Assembly: GCA_963809015.1 (NCBI GenBank)
Contig: CAWEHX010000002.1
Span: 14,292-78,291, forward strand
DNA: 64,000 bases
Source of the DNA: an uncultured Actinomycetota bacterium
Lineage (GTDB): Bacteria; Actinomycetota; Actinomycetes; Propionibacteriales; Nocardioidaceae
Direction: 5' to 3'
Positions 37,172-47,697 of the stretch are shown here, piece by piece (the stretch's first letter is position 1; every line of letters begins with the position of its first letter). The notes below the pieces were generated by a model. It did not search any database. It had not been told where the DNA came from and worked only from the letters and a program-made list of their open reading frames with translations. Made by a program: the position numbers and the translations under genes.

Positions 37172-39380
37172 CCCCTCCAACACGCTGGAGCTCGCGATCA
37201 CCGGGATGACCTGCGCGTCCTGCGCCAACCGGATCGAGCGCAAGCTCAACAAGCTCGAGGGCGTCACCGCCACGGTCAACTACGCGACCGAGAAGGCGAG
37301 GGTCTCGTTCCCCGAAGGCGTGACGCCGGACGCTCTCGTCGACACGGTGCGTCAGGCCGGTTACGACGCGAGCCTCCCAAGTGCGGAACCCGCGAGTGCG
37401 GACGCGGCGGACCCGGTCCGATCGCTGCGCGATCGGCTGCTGATCTCGATCGTGCTGACGGTGCCGGTCATCGCGATGGCGATGGTTCCCGCACTGCAGT
37501 TCACCAACTGGCAGTGGCTCTCGCTGACGCTGGCGGCTCCCGTCGTGGTCTGGGGCGCGTGGCCGTTCCACAAGGCCGCGTGGACCAACCTGCGGCACGG
37601 CACCTCGACGATGGACACGCTGATCTCGATGGGCACCCTGGCCGCGATGGGCTGGTCGCTCTACGCGCTGTTCTGGGGTACGGCGGGCACGCCCGGCATG
37701 ACCCACCCGTTCGAGCTCACCGTCGAGCGCACCGATGGTGCCGGCAACATCTACTTCGAGGCCGCAGCCGGAGTGACGACGTTCATCCTGGCCGGCCGCT
37801 ACTTCGAGGCGCGCTCCAAGCGCCGCGCCGGTGCGGCCCTCCGGGCGCTGCTCGAGCTCGGCGCGAAGGACGTCGCCGTACTTCGCGACGGCGTCGAGAC
37901 CCGGATCCCGACCGACCAGCTCGCCGTGGGCGACCTGTTCGTCGTGCGTCCGGGCGAGAAGGTCGCGACCGACGGCGAGATCACCGAGGGCAGCTCCGCC
38001 GTGGACGCCTCGATGCTGACCGGCGAGAGCGTGCCGGTCGAGGTGGGCGTCGGCGACACCGTCGTCGGTGCCACCGTCAACGCCGGCGGCCGGCTGATCG
38101 CCCGGGCCACCCGGATCGGGTCCGACACCCAGCTCGCGCAGATGGCGAAGCTCGTCGAGGCCGCGCAGAACGGCAAGGCCGAGGTGCAACGGTTGGCCGA
38201 CCGGGTCTCCGGGATCTTCGTGCCGATCGTGATCGCGCTGGCCGTGGGCACGCTCGGCTTCTGGGTAGGCACGGGTGACGGGCTACCGGCTGCGTTCACC
38301 GCCGCCGTGGCCGTGCTGATCATCGCCTGTCCGTGTGCGCTCGGCCTGGCCACGCCGACCGCGCTGATGGTCGGCACCGGCCGGGGAGCCCAGCTCGGCA
38401 TCCTGATCAAGGGGCCTGAGGTCCTGGAGTCCACGCGTCGCGTCGACACGATCGTCATCGACAAGACCGGCACGGTGACCACCGGCAAGATGGGTCTGCG
38501 CGAGGTGATCCCCGCGGAGGGCGAGTCCGCGGCCGAGGTGCTGCGACTGGCCGGCGCCCTCGAAGATGCCTCCGAGCACCCGATCGCCCGCGCGGTGGCC
38601 GATGCGGCTCGCGCGGCCGGACCGCTGCCCCAGGTGGAGGACTTCGCGAACGTCGCCGGCCTGGGCGTCCAGGGTGTCGTCGACGGGCACGCCGTACTTG
38701 TGGGGCGTCCGCGACTGCTCGCCGAGTGGTCCCAGCACCTTCCTCCGGAGCTGGAGCAGTCGTTGACCGACGCCCAGTCCCGAGGCGGTACGGCGATAGC
38801 GGTGGGCTGGGACGGCCGGGCCCGCGGCGTCGTGGTCGTCGCCGACGAGGTGAAGCCGACCTCGGTCGAGGCGATCGCGCGGTTCCGCGAGCTCGGGCTG
38901 ACGCCGATGCTGCTGACCGGCGACAACGAGGCGACGGCGCGGACGGTCGCCGCCGAGGTCGGCATCGATGCCGACCACGTGATCGCCGAGGTGCTGCCGT
39001 CCGACAAGGTCGACGTGGTGAAGCGCCTGCAGGACGACGGCAAGGTCGTCGCCATGGTCGGCGACGGTGTCAACGACGCGGCCGCGCTCGCCCAGTCCGA
39101 CCTCGGCCTGGCCATGGGCACCGGCACCGACGTCGCCATCGAGGCGGGCGACCTGACCCTGGTGCGCGGCGACCTCCGGGTGGCCGCCGACGCGATCCGG
39201 CTCTCCCGCCGGACCCTGACCACGATCAAGGGCAACCTGTTCTGGGCGTTCGGCTACAACGTCGCCGCGATCCCGTTGGCTGCGGCCGGCCTCCTCAACC
39301 CGATGCTGGCCGGCGCCGCGATGGCGTTCTCGTCGGTGTTCGTGGTGAGCAACAGCCTCAGGCTCCGCCGTTTCCGCTGA
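37158..39380 (+). CDS. copA: Cu(I)-translocating P1B-type ATPase
   Basis: GMTCASC, TGES, CPC, DKTGT, GDGVND, YN and MAFSS motifs. Confidence 0.93.
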   Translation: MTTTDPSNTLELAITGMTCASCANRIERKLNKLEGVTATVNYATEKARVSFPEGVTPDALVDTVRQAGYDASLPSAEPASADAADPVRSLRDRLLISIVLTVPVIAMAMVPALQFTNWQWLSLTLAAPVVVWGAWPFHKAAWTNLRHGTSTMDTLISMGTLAAMGWSLYALFWGTAGTPGMTHPFELTVERTDGAGNIYFEAAAGVTTFILAGRYFEARSKRRAGAALRALLELGAKDVAVLRDGVETRIPTDQLAVGDLFVVRPGEKVATDGEITEGSSAVDASMLTGESVPVEVGVGDTVVGATVNAGGRLIARATRIGSDTQLAQMAKLVEAAQNGKAEVQRLADRVSGIFVPIVIALAVGTLGFWVGTGDGLPAAFTAAVAVLIIACPCALGLATPTALMVGTGRGAQLGILIKGPEVLESTRRVDTIVIDKTGTVTTGKMGLREVIPAEGESAAEVLRLAGALEDASEHPIARAVADAARAAGPLPQVEDFANVAGLGVQGVVDGHAVLVGRPRLLAEWSQHLPPELEQSLTDAQSRGGTAIAVGWDGRARGVVVVADEVKPTSVEAIARFRELGLTPMLLTGDNEATARTVAAEVGIDADHVIAEVLPSDKVDVVKRLQDDGKVVAMVGDGVNDAAALAQSDLGLAMGTGTDVAIEAGDLTLVRGDLRVAADAIRLSRRTLTTIKGNLFWAFGYNVAAIPLAAAGLLNPMLAGAAMAFSSVFVVSNSLRLRRFR

Positions 39381-39447
39381 CCCGTCGTGAAAACGCTGAC
39401 CCGTCGCGAACTTCGTGACGGGTCAGCACTTTGGTGACGGGTCAGCG
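39375..39447. repeat. Nested REP-like palindrome, possible bidirectional terminator
   Basis: CGCTGACCCGTCG twice, then TGACGGGTCAGC twice, between convergent copA and gdhA. Confidence 0.75.
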
Positions 39448-40803
39448 TCAGACGACGCCGTAGGCGAGCATCGCGTCGGCGACCTTCTTGAAGCCGGCGA
39501 TGTTGGCGCCTTTGACGTAGTCGACGTAGTCGTCGCTCACCCGGCCGTACTCGACGCAGCGGGTGTGGATGCCCTCCATGATGTCGAGCAGCAGCTGCTG
39601 CAGCTGCTCCTCCTTCCACGGGCGGCGCTCGGAGTTCTGGCTCATCTCCAGTCCCGAGACCGCGACGCCGCCGGCGTTGGCGGCCTTGCCGGGCGCGTAG
39701 AGGATGCGGGCCTGCTTGAAGGCGTGCACGCCGTCGAGGTCGGTCGGCATGTTGGCGCCCTCACTGACACCGATGCAGCCGTTGTCTACGAGGGTCTTCG
39801 CGTCGTCGCCGTGCAGCTCGTTCTGCGTCGCGCACGGCAGCGCGACGTCGCACGGCACACCCCAGGGCGTCTCGCCCTCGTGAAAGGTGGCTCGGGGGAA
39901 CGCGTCGACGTACTCCGCGATCCGGCCGCGGCGCTTGGTCTTGTGCTCCTTGACCCAGGCGATCTTCTCCTGGTCGATCCCGTCGGGGTCGTGCACGAAC
40001 CCTTGGCTGTCGGAGAGCGTGAGCACCTTGCCGCCCAGCTGGCACACCTTCTCCGCGGCGTGCGTGGCCACGTTGCCGGAGCCCGAGATCACCGCAGTCT
40101 TGCCGTCGAGGCTGTCGCCGCGGGTGGCGAGCATCGAGGCCAGGAAGTAGACCGCGCCGTACCCGGTGGCCTCGGGCCGGATCAACGAGCCGCCGTACTC
40201 CAGCCCCTTGCCGGTGAGTACGCCGGTGAACTGGTTGGTGATCCGCTTGTACTGGCCGAACATGTAGCCGATCTCGCGGCCTCCGACGCCGATGTCGCCG
40301 GCGGGTACGTCGACGTCGTGGCCGACGTGCCGGAACAGCTCGGTCATGAAGCTCTGGCAGAAGCGCATCACCTCGTGGTCGCTCTTGCCCTTGGGGTTGA
40401 AGTTGGCCCCGCCCTTGCCACCGCCCATGGGCAGCCCGGTGAGCGCGTTCTTGAACGTCTGCTCGAAGGCCAGGAACTTCAGGATCGACTCGTTGACGCT
40501 GGGGTGGAACCGCAGGCCCCCTTTGTAGGGGCCGATCGAGTTGTTGTTCTGCACCCGCCAGCCGCGCTGCACCCGGACGTTGTGGTTGTCGTCCTCCCAG
40601 CAGACCCGGAAGCTGATCACCCGATCGGGCTCCGCGATGCGGCGCAGGATCTGGTAGTGGTGGTACTCCTCTTTGTCCTCGATGAACTCGAAGATGTCCT
40701 CGGCGACTTCCTGGACTGCCTGGACGAACTCGGTCTGACCCGGGTTGCGCTTGCGGACGCCCTCGATGAACTGCGGCAGATCGACGTGGTCGGTCACGGC
40801 CAT
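39448..40803 (-). CDS. gdhA: NADP-specific glutamate dehydrogenase
   Basis: GPYKGGLRFHP, GGGKGG, DVPAGDIGVG, EATGYG, KAANAGGV. Confidence 0.95.
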   Translation of the reverse strand: MAVTDHVDLPQFIEGVRKRNPGQTEFVQAVQEVAEDIFEFIEDKEEYHHYQILRRIAEPDRVISFRVCWEDDNHNVRVQRGWRVQNNNSIGPYKGGLRFHPSVNESILKFLAFEQTFKNALTGLPMGGGKGGANFNPKGKSDHEVMRFCQSFMTELFRHVGHDVDVPAGDIGVGGREIGYMFGQYKRITNQFTGVLTGKGLEYGGSLIRPEATGYGAVYFLASMLATRGDSLDGKTAVISGSGNVATHAAEKVCQLGGKVLTLSDSQGFVHDPDGIDQEKIAWVKEHKTKRRGRIAEYVDAFPRATFHEGETPWGVPCDVALPCATQNELHGDDAKTLVDNGCIGVSEGANMPTDLDGVHAFKQARILYAPGKAANAGGVAVSGLEMSQNSERRPWKEEQLQQLLLDIMEGIHTRCVEYGRVSDDYVDYVKGANIAGFKKVADAMLAYGVV

Positions 40804-40991
40804 GGGCACCTCCGGGGTCCAGTCCCGTCAGCCTAGAACCGCGCTGGCGAATGTCTAGAACTCCCCGGGAACGCGGTAAAGAAAACCCGAGACTGAGCGC
40901 ATTCGGGGCGTGGTTCCTTTACTCTCGCGGTTCGGCTTGCCGCAGACCTGCCGCCCTCGGGGCGAGGTCACAACACATGGGGACCCACATA

Positions 40992-42983
40992 ATGCGTCGG
41001 ACTTTCGCGCGCTCGCGCGCCGTTCTGCTCCTGATCATTGCCTCGCTCCTGCTCACGCCGGCACTCGTCGTGACGAGCGCAGAGGCAGCAGCCAAGGCGC
41101 CGTACCGCGTCGGCATCCAGCTCTCCGACACCAACGTGGTCGTCGGCGAGAAGGTGCGCGTGAGCGGCTCCGTCCGGCCGGTGACCACCGGGAAGGTCAC
41201 CGTTCAGCGCCGGGTCTCCGGCAAGTGGCGCACCGTGCGGGAGGTCAAGCTGGTGGCAAGCACCTATGCCACCCAGGTCCGCTTCACCGACCCCGGGGTC
41301 TCCTTCCTGCGCGTCGTCGCCCCGGCGAGCGACGACAACTCCAAGGGCACCAGCAAGACCCGCACCGTGCGGGTCCTGCGCAACGCCACCAACCCCCAGA
41401 TCGTCACCACGACCCTGCCCAACGGGACAGTCGGTGCCCCGTACTCGGCGACGGTCGCAACGGCCGATGGTCGAGCAGGTACCTGGTCGATCGAGGCCGG
41501 CGCGCTGCCGCCCGGGCTGACCATCGCCCCCGCCACCGGCGTCATCAGCGGGACCCCCACCGCCGCCGGCACCAGTCAGTTCGGCGTCTACTTCCGCGAC
41601 GGTGACGGCCGCGTCGCCGCCCGCGCCTACCAGGTCGCGATCAGCGTCGACGGCCCGGTCATCACCACCACCACGCTTCCCGGCGCCACCGTCGGTACCG
41701 CCTACACCGCGACCCTGCAGACGGCGGACAACCGCGCGGGTACCTGGGCGGTGACCACGGGCACCCTGCCCGCAGGCCTCACCCTGGCTCCCGCCACCGG
41801 CGTGATCTCCGGGTCGCCCACAACGGAGGGAACGAGCGCCTTCACGGTGACGTTCACCGATGCCGCCAACAAGACGGCGACCAAGCAGCTCTCGATCGTG
41901 GTGTCCGGGGCCGACCAGCTCATCGTCACCGCTGCACTGCCCAACGGGGTGAAGGGGACGGCGTACTCCGCCACGCTGCAGTCCAAGGACAACCGTGCGG
42001 GCACCTGGTCGATCACCGCGGGCGTTCTTCCGGCCGGCCTGACTCTCGCCCCCGCCACCGGCGTGATCAGTGGTACGCCGACGGCGGCCGGCAAGGCCGA
42101 CTTCACGGTGCGCTTCCAGGACGCCAACAGCAACTCCAGCACCCGGGCGCTGTCGATCACCATCGTCGAGCCGGGCGCCGCGCCCGTCATCGCGACCAGC
42201 GGTCTGCCCTCCGGTGTTGTCGGTGTCCCGTACGCCGCGCAGCTGCACACCGCGGACGACCGGGCCGGCACCTGGTCCATCACCGCCGGCACGCTGCCCC
42301 CGGGCCTCACCCTGACCGCGTCGACCGGAGTGATCAGCGGTACCCCGACGGTGCAGACGATCCGCGACTTCACCGTGAAGTTCCAGGACGCAGGCGGGCT
42401 GAGCGTCACGAAGGACTTCAGCATCATCATCGAGGCCACCGCACCCGAGATCGTCACGACCTCGCTGCCGGCCGCGGTGAAGGGCGTCGCCTACTCGCAG
42501 ACGGTCAAGATCAAGGACAACCGACCGGGCGTCTGGGACCTCGCCTCGGGCACCCTGCCCGCTGGCCTGACCCTGGCTCCGACCACCGGTGTGATCAGCG
42601 GTACGCCGACCGCCACGGGGACCTCGGCCTTCGTGATCCGGTTCCGCGACACGCTGAACATCTCGGACACCCAGGCCCTGTCGATCGTGGTCACGAACAC
42701 GCCGCCGGTCATCTCGACGTCGACGCTGCCCAAGGGCAAGGTCGACACGGCCTACACGGCGACGCTGACGACGGCAGACAGCCGTCCGGGTACCTGGTCG
42801 ATCTCGGCGGGCACCCTGCCGGCCGGCCTGACGCTGGCGCCGGCGACCGGCGTGATCAGCGGTACGCCGACCGTCAAGGGCACCTCGAACTTCACGGTGA
42901 AGTTCAAGGACGCCGAGGGTCTCGAGGTCACCAAGGCGCTGTCGATCCAGATCCAGAGCTGCTTCCTGATCTTCTGCAGCTAG
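40992..42983 (+). CDS. Secreted surface protein with six He_PIG (putative Ig) repeats
   Basis: Signal peptide; repeated LP.G..G..Y..G.LP.GL.L...TG.ISGTPT; alternative start at 40977. Confidence 0.88.
   Translation: MRRTFARSRAVLLLIIASLLLTPALVVTSAEAAAKAPYRVGIQLSDTNVVVGEKVRVSGSVRPVTTGKVTVQRRVSGKWRTVREVKLVASTYATQVRFTDPGVSFLRVVAPASDDNSKGTSKTRTVRVLRNATNPQIVTTTLPNGTVGAPYSATVATADGRAGTWSIEAGALPPGLTIAPATGVISGTPTAAGTSQFGVYFRDGDGRVAARAYQVAISVDGPVITTTTLPGATVGTAYTATLQTADNRAGTWAVTTGTLPAGLTLAPATGVISGSPTTEGTSAFTVTFTDAANKTATKQLSIVVSGADQLIVTAALPNGVKGTAYSATLQSKDNRAGTWSITAGVLPAGLTLAPATGVISGTPTAAGKADFTVRFQDANSNSSTRALSITIVEPGAAPVIATSGLPSGVVGVPYAAQLHTADDRAGTWSITAGTLPPGLTLTASTGVISGTPTVQTIRDFTVKFQDAGGLSVTKDFSIIIEATAPEIVTTSLPAAVKGVAYSQTVKIKDNRPGVWDLASGTLPAGLTLAPTTGVISGTPTATGTSAFVIRFRDTLNISDTQALSIVVTNTPPVISTSTLPKGKVDTAYTATLTTADSRPGTWSISAGTLPAGLTLAPATGVISGTPTVKGTSNFTVKFKDAEGLEVTKALSIQIQSCFLIFCS
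41394..42955 (+). repeat. Six intragenic Ig-like repeats of about 87 aa
   Basis: Recurrent GTW and TGVISG(T/S)P motifs, ACCGGCGTGATCAGCGG-like DNA. Confidence 0.85.
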
Positions 42984-43010
42984 AGCCGGCTGCCTGCGCC
43001 GGCCCTTTGA

Positions 43011-43433
43011 TCAGGGTCGGCGCAGGTGGATGGTCCTGGGCTTCGCCCAGACGGTCTGCACGTCGGAGTAGTGCGACCAGGTGAGCTGAGCCTTCACCTT
43101 GTAGCGACCGGGCTTGACGTCCAACGAGCAGAACAGGAAGCGCCCCTTGCCCTTCTTGGGGTCGCCGCCGACGAGCTCGTAGTTGTAGGCCACGGTGCGG
43201 CCCGCGCGGTTGACGAGGTAGACGTCGAGTGACCACGAGTCGCCGGCGGGTACGTCGACGGCGTACCGGTAGCGGTGACCCGGGCAGCCCTTCGAGAGGA
43301 CCCCGTCGGTGCTGCGGATCTGGGCCGAAGCCTCCGCTGCGCGGGCGACGGGGGCGTCCGCGGTGGCGGGCGCGCCGCCGAGCGGCAGCAGGAGGGCGAG
43401 GAGGGGGGCCCCGATCAGGGCCAGGCGCTTCAT
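43011..43433 (-). CDS. Hypothetical secreted protein
   Basis: MKRLALIG.. signal peptide, two Cys, basic beta-rich body. Confidence 0.7.
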   Translation of the reverse strand: MKRLALIGAPLLALLLPLGGAPATADAPVARAAEASAQIRSTDGVLSKGCPGHRYRYAVDVPAGDSWSLDVYLVNRAGRTVAYNYELVGGDPKKGKGRFLFCSLDVKPGRYKVKAQLTWSHYSDVQTVWAKPRTIHLRRP

Positions 43434-43589
43434 ACCCTCGAGGGTAGGGACTCGCGGCTCCAGGACACATCTGACGACTGTGTGATCTGCGTCTAGCCCC
43501 GTGGGATGAGGACGCTGCTCCCCTGGTAGGAGTCCAAGGTCACGCCTTCGCACCATGCGCGCAGGGCCGAGGGTTCCTAGCGTTGGAGG

Positions 43590-46553
43590 GTGAGGTTCGC
43601 GCAGCTTTCGATCCGGCATGCCGGGATCGTCATCGCCCTGTGGTTCGCCGTCGTGGGCGGCCTCAACCTCGCGCTCCCGCAGCTCGAGGAGGTGATCGCC
43701 GATGACTCGACGCCGGTGGTCCCCGCGGATGCACCGGCCGTGCAGGCGCTGGAGCTGATGGACCAGGAGTTCGGGAACGGACGCAGCACCAGCGTGCTGT
43801 TCGTCGTCGCCGAACGCGACGGCGGCCTGACCGGTGCGGATCGCCGCTACCTCCGGGGCCTGGCGCCCCAGCTCCGCGCCGACGAGCACGTGAGCTCGGT
43901 CCTGGCCGTCGATCGCCGGCCCGCGCTGCTCGACTCGCTGACCAGTGACGACGGGGAGTCGGCGTACCTGCAGGTCGGCATCCCCGGCGAGACCGGCGCA
44001 CCCTCGTCGATCCGGCAGATCGAGGCGGTCCGCGAGCTCGTCCATGCGGACGCACCGGCCGGACTGGCGGTGGCAGTGACCGGCCCCGCGGCGACGATCG
44101 GCGACATGGCCACCGAGGTGGAGCACAGCCTGGTCCGGATCACCGTGGTCACGATCGGTCTGATCGCCATCATCCTGATGCTGCTCTACCGGTCGATCGC
44201 GGTGACCGGGCTGATCCTGGGCTTCATCGGGATCGCGCTCGGGGCTGCCAGGGCCGCGACGTCGTTCGCCGGGCTGCACCTGTTCGCGGTCTCGACGTTC
44301 ACCGGCTCCTTCCTCACCGGCGTGGTGCTGGGCGCCGCGACCGACTACGCGATCTTCCTGGTGAGCAGGTTCCAGGAGCACCGCCGCGACGGCCTCGAGC
44401 CCCGGGAAGCAGTGCTCGCAGCGACGGTCCGGATCGGGCCGGTGGTCGCGGGGTCCGCGCTCACCGTGGTGCTGGCGACCGCCGGCATGGCGCTGGCCCA
44501 CATCGGCCTGTTCCACACCACCGGGCCGGCGATCGCCCTCGGCGTCGCGATCACGCTGATGCTCTGCCTCACCCTGCTGCCCGCGGCGATGCTCCTGCTG
44601 GGCCGGCGTGGCTGGCTGGACCCGCGCTCCCGCCGCGCGTCGGCGGGCGGACGCGGCTGGGCACGGGTGGCCGGCATCGTGGTCGCGCGACCCGGCCGGG
44701 TGCTCGCGGCGGGGCTGCTGCCGCTGATCCTGCTCGCTGCCTTCTATCCCGCCCTCGAGCCCAGCTTCGACGAGCGCGGCGGACAGCCCGACGACACCGA
44801 GAGCAACCGCGGGTACGCACTCCTGGCCGAGCACTACCCCGTCAACGAGGCGCTCGCCGACTACGTGCTGATCCATGCCGACCACGATCTCCGCAACGCC
44901 CGGGACCTGGCCGCGCTCGAGCAGGCGGCCGCGTCGGCCGACCGGACCGAGGGCGTCGAGTCGGTGCGCTCGGTGACCCGTCCGGACGGGACCCGGATCA
45001 CCCAGGCCTCGCTCGGCTACCAGGCCGGACAGGTCGGCGACCGCCTCGACGCTGCGAACGGTCGGCTGCGGGCCGGCGAGACCGGAGCCGACCGCCTGGC
45101 TGCCGGCGCCGACGAGCTCGACAGCGGTGCCGGCCGGCTCGCTGAAGGAGCCGACCTCGCGGCCAGCGGTGCCGGGCGACTGGTGGATGGAGTACGAAGC
45201 CTGCACGACGGGGTCGCCCGGCTGGCCGACGGGGTCGAGCGGTCGGGAGCGGGCCTGCAGCGGCTCCGCGACGGGGCGCGGACCCTCGCCGACGGGCTGG
45301 CCATGGCCTACGACCAGACGCGGGTCGCGGTCGACGGGCTGGCTCTCGCCCACGACGCCCTCAACCGCAGCCTCACCTGCGGACTCGATCCCTACTGCCG
45401 GCGCGCCCGCGACGGGATCCGCCGGATCTACCTGGGCGAGCGGGACAAGCTGCTGCCCGGGCTGCAGCGTGCGGCGGACGCGGCCCGGCGGATCGCCAAC
45501 GGGACGGTCGAGCTCGACGCCGGTCTGGCCCGTCTCGAGAGTGGCCTCGGGGATGCCGAGCGCGGTGCCGCCGAGCTGACCGCGGGCCAGGACACGATGC
45601 GGACCGAGCTGGGTCGGCTCGCCGATGGCGCTGGCGCCATCAGCAATGGGACCGACGAGCTCGCCGGCGGCACCGAGCGGCTGAGCAGCTCTGTCTCCGA
45701 CCTCCGGTCCGGCCTCGACCGCGCGTCGTCGTACCTCCACGACACCCGGAGGGTGTCCCGTGACCCCGCCATCGGCGGGTTTTACCTGCCGCCGGTGGCC
45801 CTGGACAACCCGCGTTTCGCGCTCAGCACGCGCGTCTACCTCTCCGACGACGGGCACACTGCTCGGTTCGTGGTGCTGGGCGCCACCGACGGCTTCGGTG
45901 CGGAGGCGTCCGAGCGGGCCGTGGAGGTGCGCGAGGCCGTCGTCGACGGGCTGCGCAACACCCGGCTGGCCGATGCGGAGGTGAGCACGACCGGCGTCGC
46001 CACCCTGAACGCCGACCTGGCCGAGCTCGCCGACGAGGACTTCGCCCTCGTTTCGCTGGTGACCCTGGCGGCCGTCTTCCTGATCCTGCTGCTCATCCTC
46101 CGCAGCCTGGTGGTGGCGCTGGTGCTGCTCGCGTCGGTGCTGCTGTCGTACGCCGCCGCGATGGGGCTCGGCGTACTCCTCTGGCAGGAGCTGATGGGCC
46201 AGCCGATCGAGTGGACCGTGCCGCTGATCGTCTTCGTGCTGTTGGTCTCGGTCGGCGCGGACTACAACCTGCTGCTCGCGAAACGGATGCGCGAGGAGGC
46301 GCCGGACGGAAGCCGGGCCGGGATCGCACGAGCGGTCACCGCAACCGGCGGCGTGATCACGGCTGCCGGGCTGATCTTCGCGTGCAGCATGGTCGCGATG
46401 ATGTCGGGCAGCGTGGTCACCCTCGCCCAGATGGGATCGATCATCGCGATGGGGCTGGTCCTCGACACGTTCGTGGTGCGAAGCCTGGTCGTCCCGTCCG
46501 CCGCCGCACTGCTCGGCCCGCGCCTCTGGGGTCGGCGAACCGTCACCTCCTGA
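43590..46553 (+). CDS. MmpL/RND family transporter with heptad-repeat insert
   Basis: VTGPAA, TDYAIFLVSRF, GADYNLLL, LDTFVVRS; L..G heptads and a C-x5-C loop. Confidence 0.9.
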   Translation: MRFAQLSIRHAGIVIALWFAVVGGLNLALPQLEEVIADDSTPVVPADAPAVQALELMDQEFGNGRSTSVLFVVAERDGGLTGADRRYLRGLAPQLRADEHVSSVLAVDRRPALLDSLTSDDGESAYLQVGIPGETGAPSSIRQIEAVRELVHADAPAGLAVAVTGPAATIGDMATEVEHSLVRITVVTIGLIAIILMLLYRSIAVTGLILGFIGIALGAARAATSFAGLHLFAVSTFTGSFLTGVVLGAATDYAIFLVSRFQEHRRDGLEPREAVLAATVRIGPVVAGSALTVVLATAGMALAHIGLFHTTGPAIALGVAITLMLCLTLLPAAMLLLGRRGWLDPRSRRASAGGRGWARVAGIVVARPGRVLAAGLLPLILLAAFYPALEPSFDERGGQPDDTESNRGYALLAEHYPVNEALADYVLIHADHDLRNARDLAALEQAAASADRTEGVESVRSVTRPDGTRITQASLGYQAGQVGDRLDAANGRLRAGETGADRLAAGADELDSGAGRLAEGADLAASGAGRLVDGVRSLHDGVARLADGVERSGAGLQRLRDGARTLADGLAMAYDQTRVAVDGLALAHDALNRSLTCGLDPYCRRARDGIRRIYLGERDKLLPGLQRAADAARRIANGTVELDAGLARLESGLGDAERGAAELTAGQDTMRTELGRLADGAGAISNGTDELAGGTERLSSSVSDLRSGLDRASSYLHDTRRVSRDPAIGGFYLPPVALDNPRFALSTRVYLSDDGHTARFVVLGATDGFGAEASERAVEVREAVVDGLRNTRLADAEVSTTGVATLNADLAELADEDFALVSLVTLAAVFLILLLILRSLVVALVLLASVLLSYAAAMGLGVLLWQELMGQPIEWTVPLIVFVLLVSVGADYNLLLAKRMREEAPDGSRAGIARAVTATGGVITAAGLIFACSMVAMMSGSVVTLAQMGSIIAMGLVLDTFVVRSLVVPSAAALLGPRLWGRRTVTS

Positions 46554-46555
46554 GC

Positions 46556-47611
46556 TCAGGCGCCGACGATCCGGGCGAGCAGCGCCTGCCGGTGCGGCGT
46601 ACCGGTCTTGGCGAGGATCGCCTTCACGTGGTCGTGCACGGTGTGCAGCGACAGCACCAGCCGCTCGGCGATCGTCTTCGCGTCGGCACCGCTCGCGAGA
46701 TGGTCGAGGACCTCCCGCTCGCGCGGGCTCAGGGCGTGGGCGAGCGCGAACACCTCCCGTCGCTCGCCGGGCGTGCTCGGCTCGATCGTGACGGCGATGT
46801 CGTCGTCAGGCGGATCGCCCATCCGGGCAGCGCGCAGTGTCACCCAGCGGCCCGCACCCAGGTGGACTCGGCTCCACGGCGGACCGACCGGCACTCCGTT
46901 CTCGTGCGCGACCAGCGCGGCGCCGACGTTGTACACCGCTGCGGGGATCGTCGGGATCTCTTGCTCGGGAGGGTTCAGCCGCCGCAGCGTCTCCGAGGCC
47001 CAGTCAGTCTGGCTGCGCACCTGCAGGTCGGCGTCGAGGACCACGACGGCCGGTCCGGTCATCGCCAGGTCCGCGGTCTCGTCGACGAACGTGCGGGCCT
47101 GCGCCTCGCGGATGCCGCGGGTCAGCGGCGCCGCGAGGTCCTCGAGCAGCTCCCGGTCCTGACGGACGTACGGCGCCGCGTCACCGCAGCGCCACAGGTC
47201 GAGCCAGGCCCAGCAGCCGTAGCGGTCCCACAGCGCAAGCGACGCCACGTCGACCACGCCGAACTGACGCAACATTCCGGACCACAACAGCGAGCGCTCG
47301 GGCTCGCCCTCGGTGTCCTCCAGGAGCAGACCGCTGGTGCGGCCCGCGTCCATCAGGTCGGACCAGCGCAGCACCGGGGTCAGGTAACGCAGCCGGCCGA
47401 GCTCGGGCAGCTTCGGCCACTCCATCATCGGCACGTCGGCGAGGGGTGACGTGCTCACTCGGGTGACGGGGTCGGTGAGCAGCCAGACGTGCGCGTCGAA
47501 CGCCATCGCCGGTCGGAGCGCGGCGAGCACCTGCTCCCGCAGCGCCTTGGGGCTGAGCCCCGCGCCGCAGAGCCGCTCGATGCGGTCGCGCACCTCGCGC
47601 CGGCTGGCCAT
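46556..47611 (-). CDS. LuxR-type HTH regulator with GAF-like N-terminus
   Basis: LLTDPVT, LSPREREVL..SLHTVHDHVKAILAK. Confidence 0.87.
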   Translation of the reverse strand: MASRREVRDRIERLCGAGLSPKALREQVLAALRPAMAFDAHVWLLTDPVTRVSTSPLADVPMMEWPKLPELGRLRYLTPVLRWSDLMDAGRTSGLLLEDTEGEPERSLLWSGMLRQFGVVDVASLALWDRYGCWAWLDLWRCGDAAPYVRQDRELLEDLAAPLTRGIREAQARTFVDETADLAMTGPAVVVLDADLQVRSQTDWASETLRRLNPPEQEIPTIPAAVYNVGAALVAHENGVPVGPPWSRVHLGAGRWVTLRAARMGDPPDDDIAVTIEPSTPGERREVFALAHALSPREREVLDHLASGADAKTIAERLVLSLHTVHDHVKAILAKTGTPHRQALLARIVGA

Positions 47612-47645
47612 GGTGCGAGCGTAGGGCCGATCGGACGGGGCGAAG

Positions 47646-47663
47646 ATCCCCATGGCTGGGGAT
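47646..47663. promoter_or_regulatory. Putative LuxR operator
   Basis: ATCCCCA-N4-TGGGGAT in the divergent spacer. Confidence 0.6.
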
Positions 47664-47697
47664 GTTGGCGACAACCCGACGGAGCGATGGTCGATGC

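Noticed and set aside
39415-40836. Long ORF antisense to gdhA, and similar ones opposite gabT, fusA2, mmpL and the M3 peptidase
   Set aside because: Antisense frames stay open because of codon bias; no recognisable motifs or RBS
40810-40990. Stem-loops upstream of the Ig-repeat gene as a possible riboswitch
   Set aside because: Imperfect stems exist but I cannot match a known aptamer; an Rfam/covariation search would be needed
41394-42955. Recurring DNA repeats as a possible CRISPR or DGR array
   Set aside because: They are in-frame protein domain repeats with synonymous variation; no cas or reverse transcriptase genes
43480-43496. TGTGA half-site as a CRP/GlxR box (also at 1801)
   Set aside because: The second half-site TCACA is poorly matched
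45040-45730. Heptad repeats in the MmpL as a novel insertion
   Set aside because: A coiled-coil insert with a Cys pair is a known feature of long MmpL proteins
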